64,000 nucleotides of DNA from Squalus acanthias. Its lineage: Eukaryota. Position numbers and translations under genes: made by a program. Positions 12,354-25,199 of the stretch are shown here, in pieces. The DNA lies in assembly GCA_030390025.1 (NCBI GenBank), contig CM059425.1, forward strand, positions 170,068,001 to 170,132,000, written 5' to 3'. Within the stretch, counting starts at the first letter, position 1. Each line of letters opens with the position of its first letter. Under the pieces are notes generated by a model that did no database searches, was not told the origin of the DNA, and saw only the letters and a program-made list of their open reading frames with translations.

Positions 12354-12812
12354 GGAACACGGTGGCATAGTGGTTAGCACTGGTGCCTCACAGCGCCAGG
12401 GACCCGGGTTCGAATCTGGCCTCGGGTGACTGTCTGTGTGGAGTTTGCACATTCTCCCCGTGTCTGCGTGGGTTTCCTCCGGGTGCTCCGGTTTCCTCCC
12501 ACAGTCCAAAAATGTGCAGGTTAGGTTGATTTGGCTATGATAAATTGACCCTTAGTGTTAGGGGGGGATTAAATATGTGGGGTTACGGGGATAGGATAGC
12601 AAGGGATATGTTAGGGGGAATTAAATACGTGGGGTTACGGGGATAGGGTGGGATATGTGTCGGTGCAGGCTCGATGGGGATTCTGTGTGAGAAAGCAGGG
12701 ACAGTGTACTGGATTTGGATGATCAGCCATGATCGTATTGAATGGTGGAGCAGGCTCGACGGGCCGAATGGCCTACTCCTGCTCCTAGTTTCTATGTTTC
12801 TATGTTTCTATG
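12354..12812 (+). mobile_element. HE1-type tRNA-derived V-SINE ending in a HER1 3' tail
   Basis: A box TGGCATAGTGG, B box GGTTCGAATC, V-core GTGGAGTTTGCACATTCTCCCCGTG; (TTTCTATG)n tail. Confidence 0.9.
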
Positions 12813-12909
12813 ATGTTGGAGGCAAACATCTAGTAATAGTAGTGAAGACAATGGAGAGAGGGGAATTTGGCTTGCCATGTTGATATGGGATGAATGCAGT
12901 ACAGAGAGT

Positions 12910-13200
12910 CATAGAAACATAGAAACATAGAAGATAGGAGCAGGAGTAGGCCATTCGGCCCCTCGAGCCTGCTCCGCCATTCGATGAGATCATGGCTGAT
13001 CATCCAAAATCAGTACCCTGTCCCTGCTTTCTCCCCATATCCCTTGATACCTTTAGCTTTAAGAAATATATCTAACTCATTCTTGAATATATTTAATGAC
13101 TTGGCCTCAACTACCTTCTGTGGTAGAGAATTCCACAGGTTCACCACTCTCTGGGTGAAGAAATTCTTCCTCATTTCTGTCCTAAATGGTTTACCCCTTT
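12910..13200 (-). mobile_element. CR1/HER1 LINE 3' end
   Basis: (ATAGAAAC)n tail, 3' UTR and ORF2 C-terminus. Confidence 0.88.
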
Positions 13201-13639
13201 AGGTCTGTTCATGTAGCAGCTGAAGGGTTGCTTTTAACTTGAAATCCTTTCAATCATACACTGACACACTAACCTGCCTGGCTGTGCATCAGCCTAGGCC
13301 ATTTCTCCAAATACAGGACAGTCATTGTCAGGCCCAATGGAACGCTTATGCTGAGCACTTTGCAGCTGTAAGAGACAACTGATGGCAGTAAGAATGCTGA
13401 TATTGGATGTGTATACCAAAGGAGTGCTGAATTGCATGAAAAAACAGCAGCAAGTAGCATAAAAATATGAATACAAGAAGTATAATGCAGAAAGTTAATT
13501 TTGGCAAGTAAAAAACAGCAGGAAAGATCCAATTGGCAAAAATCAGTCAACCCCCTAGCTTTAAATAATGGAGTTAATATTTTGTAGGCCTGTTTTATAT
13601 GAGCACTCAGTCAATAGGGAGCTGTGTTGCAGAAGACCA

Positions 13640-14282
13640 CAGGTACAAAAAGCAATTGCAACGGTTAATGGAATGTTGGCCTTTATCTCAAGGGGACTGG
13701 AATATAAAGGGGAGGAAATTATGCTTCAGTTGTATAGAGCCTTGGTCAGATCCCATCTGGAGTGCTGTGCTCTGGGAACCGCACCTCAGGAAGGACATAT
13801 TGGCCTTGGAGGGAGTGCAGCACAGATTCACCAAAATGATACCGGGGGCTTAAACGGTTAGATTATGAGGATAGGTTGCATAAACTTGGCTTTAATTTGA
13901 GTATAGAAGGTTGAGGGTTGATCTAATCGAGGTGCTTAAAATGATAAAAGGATTTGATAGGGTAGATACAGAAAATCCATTTTTTCTGCTGGGGGAATCC
14001 AGAACAAAAGGGCATAATAAAATTAGAGCCAGGTCATTCAAGGGTGAAAGCAGGAAGCAATTCTTCACACAAAAAGCAGTAGAAATTTAGTGCTCTCTCC
14101 CCCAAAAGGATATGGATGCTGGGTCACTTAAAGCTTTCAAGATTGAGATTGATAGATTTTTGTTAGGTAGGGGTATCAGGGATATGGGTCAAAGGCGGGT
14201 AAATGGGGTTGAGGTACAGATTATCCGAAATCTAATTGAAAGGCAGAACAGGCTCGAAGGGCTGAATGGCCTACTCCTGTTC
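13640..14282 (+). mobile_element. CR1 LINE 3' fragment, diverged
   Basis: NGMLAFISRGLEYK...LYRALVR. Confidence 0.82.
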
Positions 14283-14541
14283 TGGCTATGATAAATTGAC
14301 CCTTAGTGTTAGGGGGGGATTAAATATGTGGGGTGATGGGATATGTTAGGGGGAATTAAATACGTGGGGTTACGGGGGTAGGGTGGGATATGTGTACTGT
14401 GGGGATTACAGCAGGGACAGGGTACTGGATTTGGATGATCAGCCATGATCGTATTGAATGGTGGAGCAGGCTCGACGGGCTGAATGGCCTACTCCTGCTC
14501 CTAGATTCTATGTTTCTATGTTTCTATGTTTCTATGTTTCT
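14283..14541 (+). mobile_element. 5'-truncated HE1-type SINE with HER1 tail
   Basis: Closely matches 12533-12812. Confidence 0.85.
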
Positions 14542-14554
14542 AAAAAAAGAGCCT

Positions 14555-15410
14555 GCAAAGGGATATAGGCAGGTTAAGTGAGTGGGCAATAAGGTGGCAG
14601 ATGGAGTATAATGTGGGGAAATTTGAGGATATTCACTTTGGTAGGAATATTTTTTAAATGGTGAGAAACTATTAAATGTTGGAGTTCAGAGAGATTTAGG
14701 TGTCCTCATACAGGAAACACAGAGAGTTAGTGTGCTGGTACAGCAAGCAATTAGGAAGGCAAATGGCATTTTGGCCTTTATTGCAATGGGGTTGGAGAAC
14801 AAGAGTAAGGAAGTCTTACTACAATTGTACAGGGCTCTGGTGAGACCACACCTGGAGTACTGTGCACAGTTTTGGTCTTCTTATCTGAGGAAGGACATAC
14901 TTGCCTTAGAGGTGGTGCAATGAAGATTCAGTAGATTGATTCCTGGGATGAGCGGGTTGTTCTATGAAAAGAGATTGAGTAGATTGGGCCAATACTCTCT
15001 CAAGTTTAGAAGAATGAGAGGTGATCTCATTGAAACATAAAAGATTCTGAGGGGGATTGACAGGGTAGATGCTGAGAGGTTGTTTCCTTTGGCTGGAGAG
15101 TGTAGAACTAGAGGGCATAGTCTCAGGATAAGGGGTCGACCATTTAAGACTGAGATGACAAGGAATTTCTTCACTCAGAGGTTTGTGAATCTTTGGAATT
15201 CTCTACCCCAAAGGTCTGTGGATGCTAAATTGTTGAGTATATTCAAGGCTGAAATAGATAGATTTTTGGTCTCCAGGGGAATCAAGGGATATGGAGATCG
15301 GGTGGAAAGTGGAGTGAGGTTGAAGATCAGCCATGATCTTATTGAATGGCAGAGCAGGCTCGAGGGGCCGTATGGCCTACTCCTGCTCTTAATTCTTATG
15401 TTCTTATGTT
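14555..15410 (+). mobile_element. CR1/HER1 LINE 3' fragment
   Basis: ORFs 14732-14923 and 15080-15430; TTCTTATG tail. Confidence 0.88.
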
Positions 15411-15656
15411 ATATAAAAGGCACTATATAAATGCAAGTTATTGTTGTTGATAGATAAAATGTTGGTTTCTCAAAAAGACAAAAAATGTGTTGAGGGAATC
15501 AAAGAGAGCTTTAAGTATAAAGCACAGCATAACAAATTTTGGAGTGTAGTTTAAATGAGTGAATTGTTCTCACATAGGAAGTGATGTATAAACAGGTGTC
15601 ATTTATATGTAGATTTTACACTGGAATTAAGAAGAACTCTTCCCTGACTGGTGGTA

Positions 15657-17353
15657 CACAAGAACATAAGAACATAAGAAATAGGAGCAGGAGTAGGCCA
15701 TTTGGCCCTTCGAGCCCTCTCCACCATTCAACAAGATCATGGCTGATCTCTTACCTCAACTCCAGCTTCCCACACTATCCCATATCCCTTAATTCCCTTA
15801 GTTCCCAAAAATTTATCGACCTCTGTCTTGAATATACTCAACGACTGAGCACCCACAGCTCTCTGGGGTAGAGAATTCCAAAGATTCACAACCCTTTGAG
15901 TGAAGAAATTTCTCCTCATCTCAGTTCTAAATGGCCAACCCCTTATTCTGAGACTGTGGCCCCATGTTCTAGATTCCCCAGCCAGGGGAAACATTTTCTT
16001 AGCATTAACCCTGTCAAGCCCCTTATCACCTCTCATTTTTCTAAACTCTAGGGAATATAGGCCTCGTCTACTCAATCTCTCCTAGTAAGGCAATCCCCTC
16101 ATCCCAGGAACCAGTCTAGTGAACTTTCATTGCACTCCCTCTAAGGCAAGTGTGTCTTTTCTTAGGTAAGGAGACAAAAACTGTACATAGTACTCTAGGT
16201 GTGGTCTCACCAATGCCCTGTATAATTGTAGTAAGATTTGTTTTACTCTTATACTCTAATCCCTTTGTAACAAAAGCTAACATACCATTTGCTTTCCTAA
16301 TTGCTTGCTGTACCTGCATGTTAACTCTCTGTGATTCATGTAGAAGGACACCCAGGTCCCTATGAATGCAAACATTTCCCAGTCTCTCACCATTCAAAAA
16401 ATATTCTGCTTTTTGTTTTTCCTACCAAAGTGGATAGCTTCACACTTCCCCACATTGTATTTCATTTGCCATGTTCTTGCCCACTCACTTAGCCTGTCTA
16501 TATCTCTCTGCAGCCTCTTTGTGTCCTCCTCACAGCTTACTTTCCCACCTAACTTTGTATTATCAGCAAACTTGGATAGGTTACACTCAGTCCCTTCATC
16601 TAATTCATTAATATAGATTGTAAATAGCTGAGGCCCAAGCACTGATCCTTGCGGTACCCCGCTAGTTACAGCCTGCCAACCCGAAAAAGTCCCGTTTATT
16701 CCTACTCTCTGTTTTCTGTCCATTAACCAATCCTCAATCCATGCTAATGTATTACCCCCAATCCCATGAGTCCTCATTTTGTGTAATAACCTCTTGTGTG
16801 GCACCTTATCGAAGGCTTTTTGAAAATCCAAATACACCACATCCACTGGTTCCCCCTTATCCATCATATTAGTTACATCTTCAAAAAACTCTAATAGATT
16901 TGTCAAACACGATTTCCCTTTCATAAAACCATGTTGACTCGGCCTAATCATATTATTATTTTCTAAGTGCCCTGTTACCACGTCCCTAATAATAGATTCT
17001 AGCATTTTGCCTACTACTGATGTCAGGCTAACTGGTCTGTAGTTCCCCATCTTTTCTCTTCCTCCTTTCTTAAATAGCAGGGTTACGTTTGCTACCTTCC
17101 AATCCTTGGGGACTGTTCTAGAATCTAGGGAATTCTGGAAGATTAATACCAATGCATCCACTATCTCTGCAGCCACCTCTTTTAAAACCCTAGGATGCAG
17201 GTCGTCGGGTCCGGGGATTTGTCGTCACTTAGTCTCATTAATTTCTCCAGTATTATATCTTTACTTATACTGATTTCTTTAAGTTCCTCATTATCTCTAA
17301 ACCCTTATTTCGGGAATGTTTTTTGTGTCTTCTACCGTGAAGACAGATACAAA
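15657..17353 (-). mobile_element. CR1/HER1 LINE RT and 3' end
   Basis: ORF 16394-17176 RT (YLDFQKAFD, GVPQGSVLGP); AAGAACAT tail. Confidence 0.92.
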
Positions 17354-17979
17354 GGCCGCGGTTTCACCAGCGGAGGCGGGATTGCGGGGGAGAGGTGGCT
17401 GCCGGGTTCCGGTCCCCTTCCCAGCTGCAGCAGCTCTGTAAAAAGGATTTTCCATTTTTAGGGCTTGTTAAGCCCGCTCTGCGGGGTTCCTGGCCACTTA
17501 AAAGGAAGTGGGTCTGATGACGTCATTTGATGATGCATCATCAGCCGGTTTCCTTAACGGGACCATGGAGGACATAAATAACCTCCCAGAGATGTCGGGG
17601 AACATAAGGTCTAATGAGAGGGAGGAATTGAATGAAATCAGCATTTGTAGGGAAATGGTGTTAGCGAAATTGACGGGATTGAAGGCCGATAAATCCCCAG
17701 GGCCTGATAATCTACATCCTAGGGTACTTAAGGAAGTGGCCCTAGAAATAGTAGATGCATTGCTGGTCATCTACCAAAATTCAATAGATTCTGGAACAGT
17801 ACCCATGGATTGGAGGGTAGCTAATGTTACCCCACTATTCAAAAAAGGTGGTAGAGAGAAAACGGGGAATTATAGACCGATAAGCCTGACATCGGTAGTG
17901 GGGAAAATGCTAGAGTCCATTATAAAAGATGTAATAGCAGAGCACTTGGAAAACAGTGACAGGATCGGACAAAGTCAAC

Positions 17980-18808
17980 CACCCCCAGCTCCCCTTCCCC
18001 TTCGCCCGGCACCTTCCCGTGCAAGCGCAGGAGATGCAACACATGCCCTTATACCTCCCCTCTTCCCACTGTCCAGGGCCCCAAACACCCCTTCCAGGTG
18101 AAACAGCGATTTACTTGTACTTCCTGCAATTTAGTATACTGTATTCGCTGCTCACGATGTGGTCTCCTCTACATTGGGGAGACCAAACGCAGATTGGGTG
18201 ACCGCTTTGCGGAACACCTCCGTTCAGTCCGTAAGGGGGACCCCGAGCTCCCGGTGGCCTGTCACTTTAATTCTCCGCTCCACTCCCACTCTGACCTCAC
18301 CGTCCTCGGCCTATTACACTGTTCCACGGAAGCTCAGCGTAAGCTCGAGGAACAGCACCTCATCTTTTGTTTAGGCACCCTACAGCCCTCTGGACTCAAT
18401 ATCGAGTTCAACAATTTTAGATCATAACCACGGCCCCTATCACATTTATATTTTATTTTTTCATCCACCCTTTTGCTTGGCCCCCCCTTTTTTTTTCCTC
18501 CCAGAAGCTGGCAGCTGTCCTTCATTCTGCCAGTGCATTTCACACTTCATTTAGCCTCAACCTGTCACATTAACACCACCTCTTGCCTTGATTATCTCTT
18601 AATATCTCTCAATGTCTCTTAATCTCTCCTTTTGTTGTTTCATCCCCTCCCCCTTTTCCCAGCTTTATCCTTGATTTAAATCTATTTCATTTCCTGCTTT
18701 TTTCCAGTTCTGACGAAAGGTCTTCGACCTGAAACGTTAACTCTGTTTCTCTCTCCACGGATGCTGCCTGGCCTGCTGAGTTTTTCCAGCATTTTCTGTT
18801 GTTATTTT
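17980..18808 (+). mobile_element. Penelope-like element 3' fragment (GIY-YIG + hammerhead repeat)
   Basis: ORF 18098-18427 LVYCIRC..C..LYIGETKR..GLN; 13 bp TSD GGACAAAGTCAAC at 17967-17979 and 18809-18821. Confidence 0.9.
18706..18742 (+). ncRNA. Minimal type I hammerhead ribozyme
   Basis: AGTT-CTGACGA-A-AGGTC(TTC)GACCT-GAA-ACGT-T-AACT. Confidence 0.78.
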
Positions 18809-21675
18809 GGACAAAGTCAACATGAATTTACAAAAGGTAAATCATGCTTGACTAATCTACTGGAATTTTTTGAAGATGTAACTGGTAAAATAGATAAGGG
18901 AGAACCAGTGGATGTGGTGTATTTGGACTTTCAGAAGGCTTTCGATAAGGTCCCGCATAAGAGATTAGCGTGTAAAGTTAAGGCACATGGGATTGGGGGC
19001 AAGGTATTGACTTGGCTAGAGAACTGGTTGGCAGACAGAAGGCAAAGAGTTGGAATAAACGGGTCTTTTTTCGAGTGGCAGGCAGTGACTAGTGGGGTAT
19101 CGCAGGGATCGGTCCTAGGACCCCAGCTACTCACAATATATATTAATGATCTAGACGAGGGAACTAGATGTAATATCTCCAAGTTTGCAGACGACACAAA
19201 GCTGGGTGGGCGTGTGTGCTGTGAGGAGGATGCTGAAAATCTCCAGTATGATTTGGACAGGTTGGATGATTGGGCAGAATCATGGCAGATGCATTATAAT
19301 GTGGATAAATGCGAGGTTATCCACTTTGGTGTCAAAAACGGGAAGGCAGATTATTATCTGAATGGCAATAGATTGGGAGAAGGGGAAGTGCAACGAGACC
19401 TGGGTGTCCTTGTGCACCAGTCGCTGAAGGTAAGCATGCAGGTGCAGCAGGCAGTTAAGAAGGCAAATGGTATGTTGGCCTTCGTAGCAAGAGGGTTCGA
19501 ATACAGGAACAAGGATGTCTTGCTGCAGTTGTAGAGGGCCTTGGTGAGACCACACCTTGAATATTGTGTGCAGTTTTGGTCGCCTTATCTGTGGAAGGAT
19601 GTTCTTGCCATGGAGGGAGTGCAGCGAAGATTCACCAGGCTGATACCTGGGATGGCAGGAATGACGTATGAGGAGAGATTGGGTCGATTGGGCTTATACT
19701 CGCTGGAGTTTAGAAGAATGAGAGGGGATCTCATTGAAACTTATAAAATTCTAACAGGACTAGACAGACTAGATGCAGGAAGGATGTTCCCAATGGTCGG
19801 GGAGTCCAGAACCAGGGGTCACAGTCTAAGGATAAGGGGTAAGCCATTTCGGACTGAGATGAGGAGGAATTTATTCACCCAGAGAGTGGTGAACCTGTGG
19901 AATTCTCTACCATAGAAGGCAGTGGAGGCCAATTCATTAAATATATTCAAGAAGGAGTTAGATATATTTCTTAAGGCTAAAGGGATCAAGGGATATGGGG
20001 AAAAGGCAGGGACAGGGTACTGAATTTGGATGATCAGCCATGATCGAATTGAATGGCGGAGCAGGCTCGAGGGGCCGAATGGCCTACTCCTGCTCCTATC
20101 TTCTATCTTCTATGTTTCTATGGCTGCATTCATTTTGACAGTTGTGCTGTCAGTGTTCTGCAGCATTGAGGTGCTGCAAACACTGACAAGCACTGTATAG
20201 AGGTGCACGGCTGCACCCAGGCTCTCCCATGACTCCCTCTATATGCTTATGGAGGGAGTCACAGTATGCAGGGAGGTTCTCTTCCCTTCCAAGGGTGGAA
20301 GTGACCTCCCCAGGACACCAACGCAGCCTGGTTGCACATTGCACAGGAGGACACAAGCAGGGAAGTCGTCAGGAGGACCAGGCTGCAGTGGCGCAAGCCT
20401 TCACTGATCTCAGTAGATCACGAAACGTTACTGCAAAATCACACTCAACCTCATCCTGCTGTGCCTCTCATCACATCCCCATCACTCTGCCTTCCCTACC
20501 CTACTCCTGCACATCCTTACTCAGACCAACTTACCTTGCACCTCCACCCATCCCTCTCTATCTACATTATCACTTCCCCATCTCACTAGCCACCCCTCAC
20601 ACTCACCCTCATCCTCGTCCAATCATACCAACTATCAACACACAAGGACAGGCACTTGGGTGTTTTATCCAATGTTCATGTAAAGTTTCTGTTAATGTGC
20701 TGTCAAACATTGAAACCTTTATTTTCAACACTTTGCCTTATTGTACTGATCTGTGCTCACCTTTGGAAATGTCTTAGTGAGTTGCAGTGAATGGTGAGAC
20801 ATAACGGTGTCCCCCGCAATGGTGATGAGTGTGAAAGGAATGACTTGGTCATTGTAGGAATGCTTTATGGTGCTGGTATGGGATGGTGTTAACCTGGCGC
20901 ATCATTTGGCAGCCAGGGTGTACAGCGTCAAGTGAAGCAAATCCATCCCTCCTGGGCAGCAATGTTGTCAGGGGCTGATGCCCTGTGTCCTGTGCAGCAT
21001 CAGGTGATTGCGGAGAAGGTTGGTGATGTTGTTGGTGATGTTGGTGTGCCTGGTGATGTTGGTATTGGGGCTGATCGTGGAAGGATTCAGAGGACCAAGG
21101 TGTTATTTTTTTCAAGGGCACCGATGTTGCTGGAATAGATGGCAACTGCAGGTGAGATGACAGAAGCGATCTGCCAATGGTGAGAGAGGTTGTTCCAATG
21201 AGGTGGCACTGATTATACAGTTGGCTCTGAACACTTGCAAGCTAAAGAAATCTCTTTATGTCTTACAAATGCAGTATCCAACAGTTTCTGTGCTCTGAAA
21301 CTGACCATCTGCAACATGGTATCCTTCAAACCACTTCTGCAGCTGTCAGCTTATCAGATACATCAAAGCAGACTCAACTCACGACAGGGTGAGCTGGCAT
21401 GTTCCCTGAGCAGCGAGTAACCCATGGGGGAGCTTGTAAAATTGCAAGGTAGGCTCAAAATGGCATTAAATTGGCTGTTAACAAGCCATTTAATGATCTA
21501 GATTGTCTCCCCCGCCGCTTGGTGTCGGGTCAGTTCTCCGCTGACAGACCCGACACCTGGGAGACTCGCGTGGAGGCGGGTTGACAGCAGGTTTCCTACC
21601 CGCTGTCAATCTTTGCTATTTTGACAGTGGACCCGCCTCCAAACCCGGCCTCTGAGCGCCGGCAAAATCCAGCCC

Positions 21676-22260
21676 ATAGTGTCCAGGTAACTCTCCCCTT
21701 CCCTGATGTATCGCAATGTCTGCAGCTCGGACTCCAGCTCAACAACTCTGAGCCGAAGTTCCTCGAGCTGCAGGCACTTACTGCAGATGTGGCTGTTCGG
21801 GATCTTGTTGGTCTCCACTAACTCCAACATGCTGCAGTTACGACACACGACCTGCACTGCCATCCCTATCTAACCTTATTTTATTTATATAATTAGTTAC
21901 AGTTTTTATTCAAACGATTATTTTTAGTTTTAATTTTTAGTTTTAATTAGTTAATTTAGTTAAAGTTATTAATTCAATAAAGTTATAGCAGTTAATGCTC
22001 TCCCAGCTCTGAATTTAATCCACTTACCTAACCTGGAGAGCAAAAGAGCTGTAATACTCACCAACCAATCGCCTACCTGTTGTCCTGTGACGTCAATCCT
22101 TGGTTGTTTTTGTTTTTAAATCGCCGCTGCTCCCTTTATGTCGCCTCGTCTGCTGCCGCCATTCCCGCTCAGGTCCGCATTGTGTCCTGGGCCTTCTCTG
22201 GTGCTCCCTTTAAGCCACCGCCGCCGCTCCCGCTCAGGCCCGTGCTGTCTCAGTACTCTC
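21676..22260 (-). mobile_element. CR1/HER1 LINE 5' UTR and ORF1 N-terminus (Cys finger + leucine zipper)
   Basis: MAVQVVCRNCSM...ICSKCLQLEELRLRVVELESELQTL; GC-rich 5' end. Confidence 0.75.
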
Positions 22261-22848
22261 TACTACAGTTCTTGTCATTCCTCGTATGTCTCTCATCAAC
22301 AATCATATGTTTCCCATTGAAATCTGTGCTGACATGCATTTTAATAACATCTGAAGGAACTGCAAGTGCTTCAAATATTTGAGCAGGTAAAACCTATCCA
22401 TTGGGTAGGATCGATGTCTGGAGACTTAGTGATTGATGAAATACTTTTTTATAGATGGCAACTTTGTGGCAGGAGGTTTAGTGGTATACCCTTCTGACTG
22501 CCCCTCAAACCACTCTTTCAGAATGTATTTTGTGGGCTGGGAACAGAAAAAATTGGAAAGTTAAAAAAAATGTTGAAGTACTGTTTCTTTTGTCAGTTTG
22601 CATGACACTGTGAAATTATCTCAGAAAGGTATTTTAATCATAACCAGGATCAAAGAACAGTAAAACAGAAATATTACCCCATCCTGGAGTGAGGGTTACA
22701 GCATTTGGGTTTAATTGAGTTACAGGTCAGTTTCAAAGGCACTGAAATTTAACTGTACATGAGGCTAAAATCTAAAAAGCAATTTAAGGTGGAGCACAAA
22801 CACATACTCCCGCAATATTAGTGTAATATCAGCTTGGCAGCACTTCTA

Positions 22849-23651
22849 TCCATACCTCGGGAGCCTACTGTCAACAAGGGCAGACGTCGATGAAGAAGTC
22901 CAAAACCACCTTCAGTGTGCCAGTGCAGCCTTCGGTCGCCTGAGGAAGAGAGTGTTTGAAGACCAGGACCTCAAACCCAGCACCAAGCTCATGGTCTACA
23001 GAGCAGTAGTGATACCCGTCCTCCTGTATGCTTCAGAGACATGGACCATGTACAGCAGGCACCTCAAAGCACTGGAGGGGTACCACCAACACTGCCTCCG
23101 CAAGATCCTGCAAATACATTGGCAGGATAGGCGCACCAACGTCAGTGTTCTCGCTCAGGCCAACATCCCCAGCATCGAAGCTTTGACCACGCTCGATCAG
23201 CTCCGATGGACGGGTCACATCATCTGCATGCCCGATACGAGACTCCCAAAGCAAGCACTCTACTTGGAGCTCCGACACGGCAAGAGAGTCCCAGGTGGGC
23301 AGAGGAAATGCTTCAAGGACACCCTCAAAGCCTCCTTGAAAAAGTGCAACATCCCCACCGACACCTGGGAATCCCTGGCCCAAGACCGCACAAAGTGGAG
23401 GAGAAGCATCCGGGAAGGCGTCGAACACCTCGAGTCTCTTCGCCGGGAGCAAGTGGAAGCCAAGCGCACACAGCGCAAGGAGCGCACGTCAACCCAAGTA
23501 CCCCACCCACCTGCCCCTTCAACCACCATCTGCCCCACCTGTGACAGAGACTGTAGGTCCCGCATTGGACTCATCAGTCACCTGAGAACTCATTTTTAGT
23601 GTGGAAGCAAGTCATCCTTGGTTTCCGAGGGACTGCCTAAGAAGAAGAAGA
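22849..23651 (+). mobile_element. RTE-clade (BovB-like) LINE 3' fragment
   Basis: LLYASETW, QLRWTGH, C-terminal C2H2 finger; (GAA)n tail; 10 bp TSD AGCACTTCTA. Confidence 0.9.
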
Positions 23652-23689
23652 AGCACTTCTAATTGAGAAAGATATGATTTCATGTGCCA

Positions 23690-23950
23690 CTAGGCATGGA
23701 CGAGAAGAAGGATAGTGTTGGTTGAGGGAAGAATGTTCGCTAGGAGAGTGGGAGAAATCCCTGGTATTCTTCGAATAGTGCTGTGTGATCCTTAATATAG
23801 CCCGAAACAAGATCTAACATCCCAGCCAAATGGTAGCAATGCAGCACTCCAATGAAGAGTTAACCTCAATTATGTGGTGAAGTGCTGGAATGGGACTTGA
23901 ACCCACAACCTTCTAGACTCACAGGCAAGAGTGCTGCCAACTGAAACAAC
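23690..23950 (-). mobile_element. Old tRNA-derived SINE (SacSINE1/Deu-SINE-like)
   Basis: Reverse strand ..GCACTCTTGCC..GTTGTGGGTTCAAGTCCCA.. B box; diverged body. Confidence 0.55.
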
Positions 23951-24784
23951 GCTGACATGTTTTGTCGAGTGATAGATTAAATATTCACAGAGCGTACGAG
24001 TTGAAAACATATAGCTGAACAAAATGAAAAACAATATATATGAGTTGTTTTTTAATAAAAACATGTTCCGAGTCTTTTATTGATCACACTGGTAGCACAC
24101 CCACAGACAGCAGCACATGTTGGGAGGCAAGGAATCTACTTTTCAGAAAACACCCAGATATATATAGGGGCTGAAATTCTGTATGGGTTCTCCTGATTGT
24201 CTACCATATCTTTGGCAGAAGATGTATGTAAATCCCAGAGAAATGGCGTGAATACTTTATGCTGTTTCTCCAAGGTTTCTTCAAATCTCCCATTGAAGTT
24301 ACAGCAGACAATCGAGAGATCCTCTGCCTGCACCTCCTATCTACAAAACCTTATCTTCTGCTGTCATGCATTTGTCACATTTTTGTGTCAAATTTTTCCC
24401 ATTATAAATCCCTTGTACTCAGATTTATAATGGAAATTGCCAATGTAAACTTGTCACACTGTAATTTTCCTTGCAATTTCCACCCCACATGCAATCTACA
24501 GCTGTTGATGGCTCCTTTCTGTGCCCTACAACCCACCATCTCCCAGCTGAGAGGAAAGAAAAGCACAAAAAGACAGAGAGAGAAGCAGAAAGAGTTAAAA
24601 GGAGAGAAGAAAAAGAATCAGAGGAGGAGAGACATAGAGAAAAACAGCAAAATAAATACAGCAGAAACAGATCATATTCTCTGACTTACCATGTGCAACA
24701 CCACAGGAGATCGACTAGTAATATATTCAAAATATTAGGTTGGTGAATACGTCTTGTCAAATGTTTTCGTTATAAATTCCAACG

Positions 24785-24930
24785 TCCACATTTATAATGG
24801 AAGTTGCCTGTGTCACAGTGTAATTACACCATCATCCCAGTGGAGAAACTATAATGCCACCATTGGAAGGAGGGTATAATTACAGCATGATAAGTTTCTG
24901 TAGCCTGTTTCCATTATAAATGTGGAAATT
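24785..24930. repeat. Imperfect palindrome, likely small MITE
   Basis: CCACATTTATAATGGAA / TTCCATTATAAATGTGG with inner TAATTACACC / GGTATAATTA. Confidence 0.6.
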
Positions 24931-25199
24931 TAAAAATAAGGACTGAATGTGTGACTTTAAAATGGGAGCTGAATTATAGCCAAATTTCTCCCAATATCTA
25001 ATCCCACTTCACCTGAAGACTGCACCAGGTTTTGACTTGCTGTGTACATGGCCACTAGAGATTGACTGGTAACAATATAAAATTAAACATCAAAACAAAT
25101 TTGTTAGCAGCTAATTATGGATAAAGAGCGAATCATAACGCTCCTGTAATAATGCTCCTTGTTAGATTCTGAAGCAGCTGACAATCCACTTAACCAGTG

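Larger units (their letters stand above)
17563..20122 (+). mobile_element. CR1/HER1 LINE, 5'-truncated, with nested Penelope
   Basis: ORFs 17508-18101 (part), 18761-19534, 19541-19915; TTCTAT-type tail. Confidence 0.92.
17354..21675. mobile_element. Non-autonomous Harbinger (possibly a composite of two), interrupted by a HER1 copy
   Basis: Left GGCCGCGGTTTCACC after AAA; right GGCAAAATCCAGCCC; decayed Myb remnant ~20200-20420; rejoins as GGGACCATGG/CTGCATTC. Confidence 0.65.

Noticed and set aside
12354..12430. Functional tRNA genes (also 31986-32060 and 36720-36810)
   Set aside because: A/B boxes run directly into SINE or LINE bodies; no convincing cloverleaf
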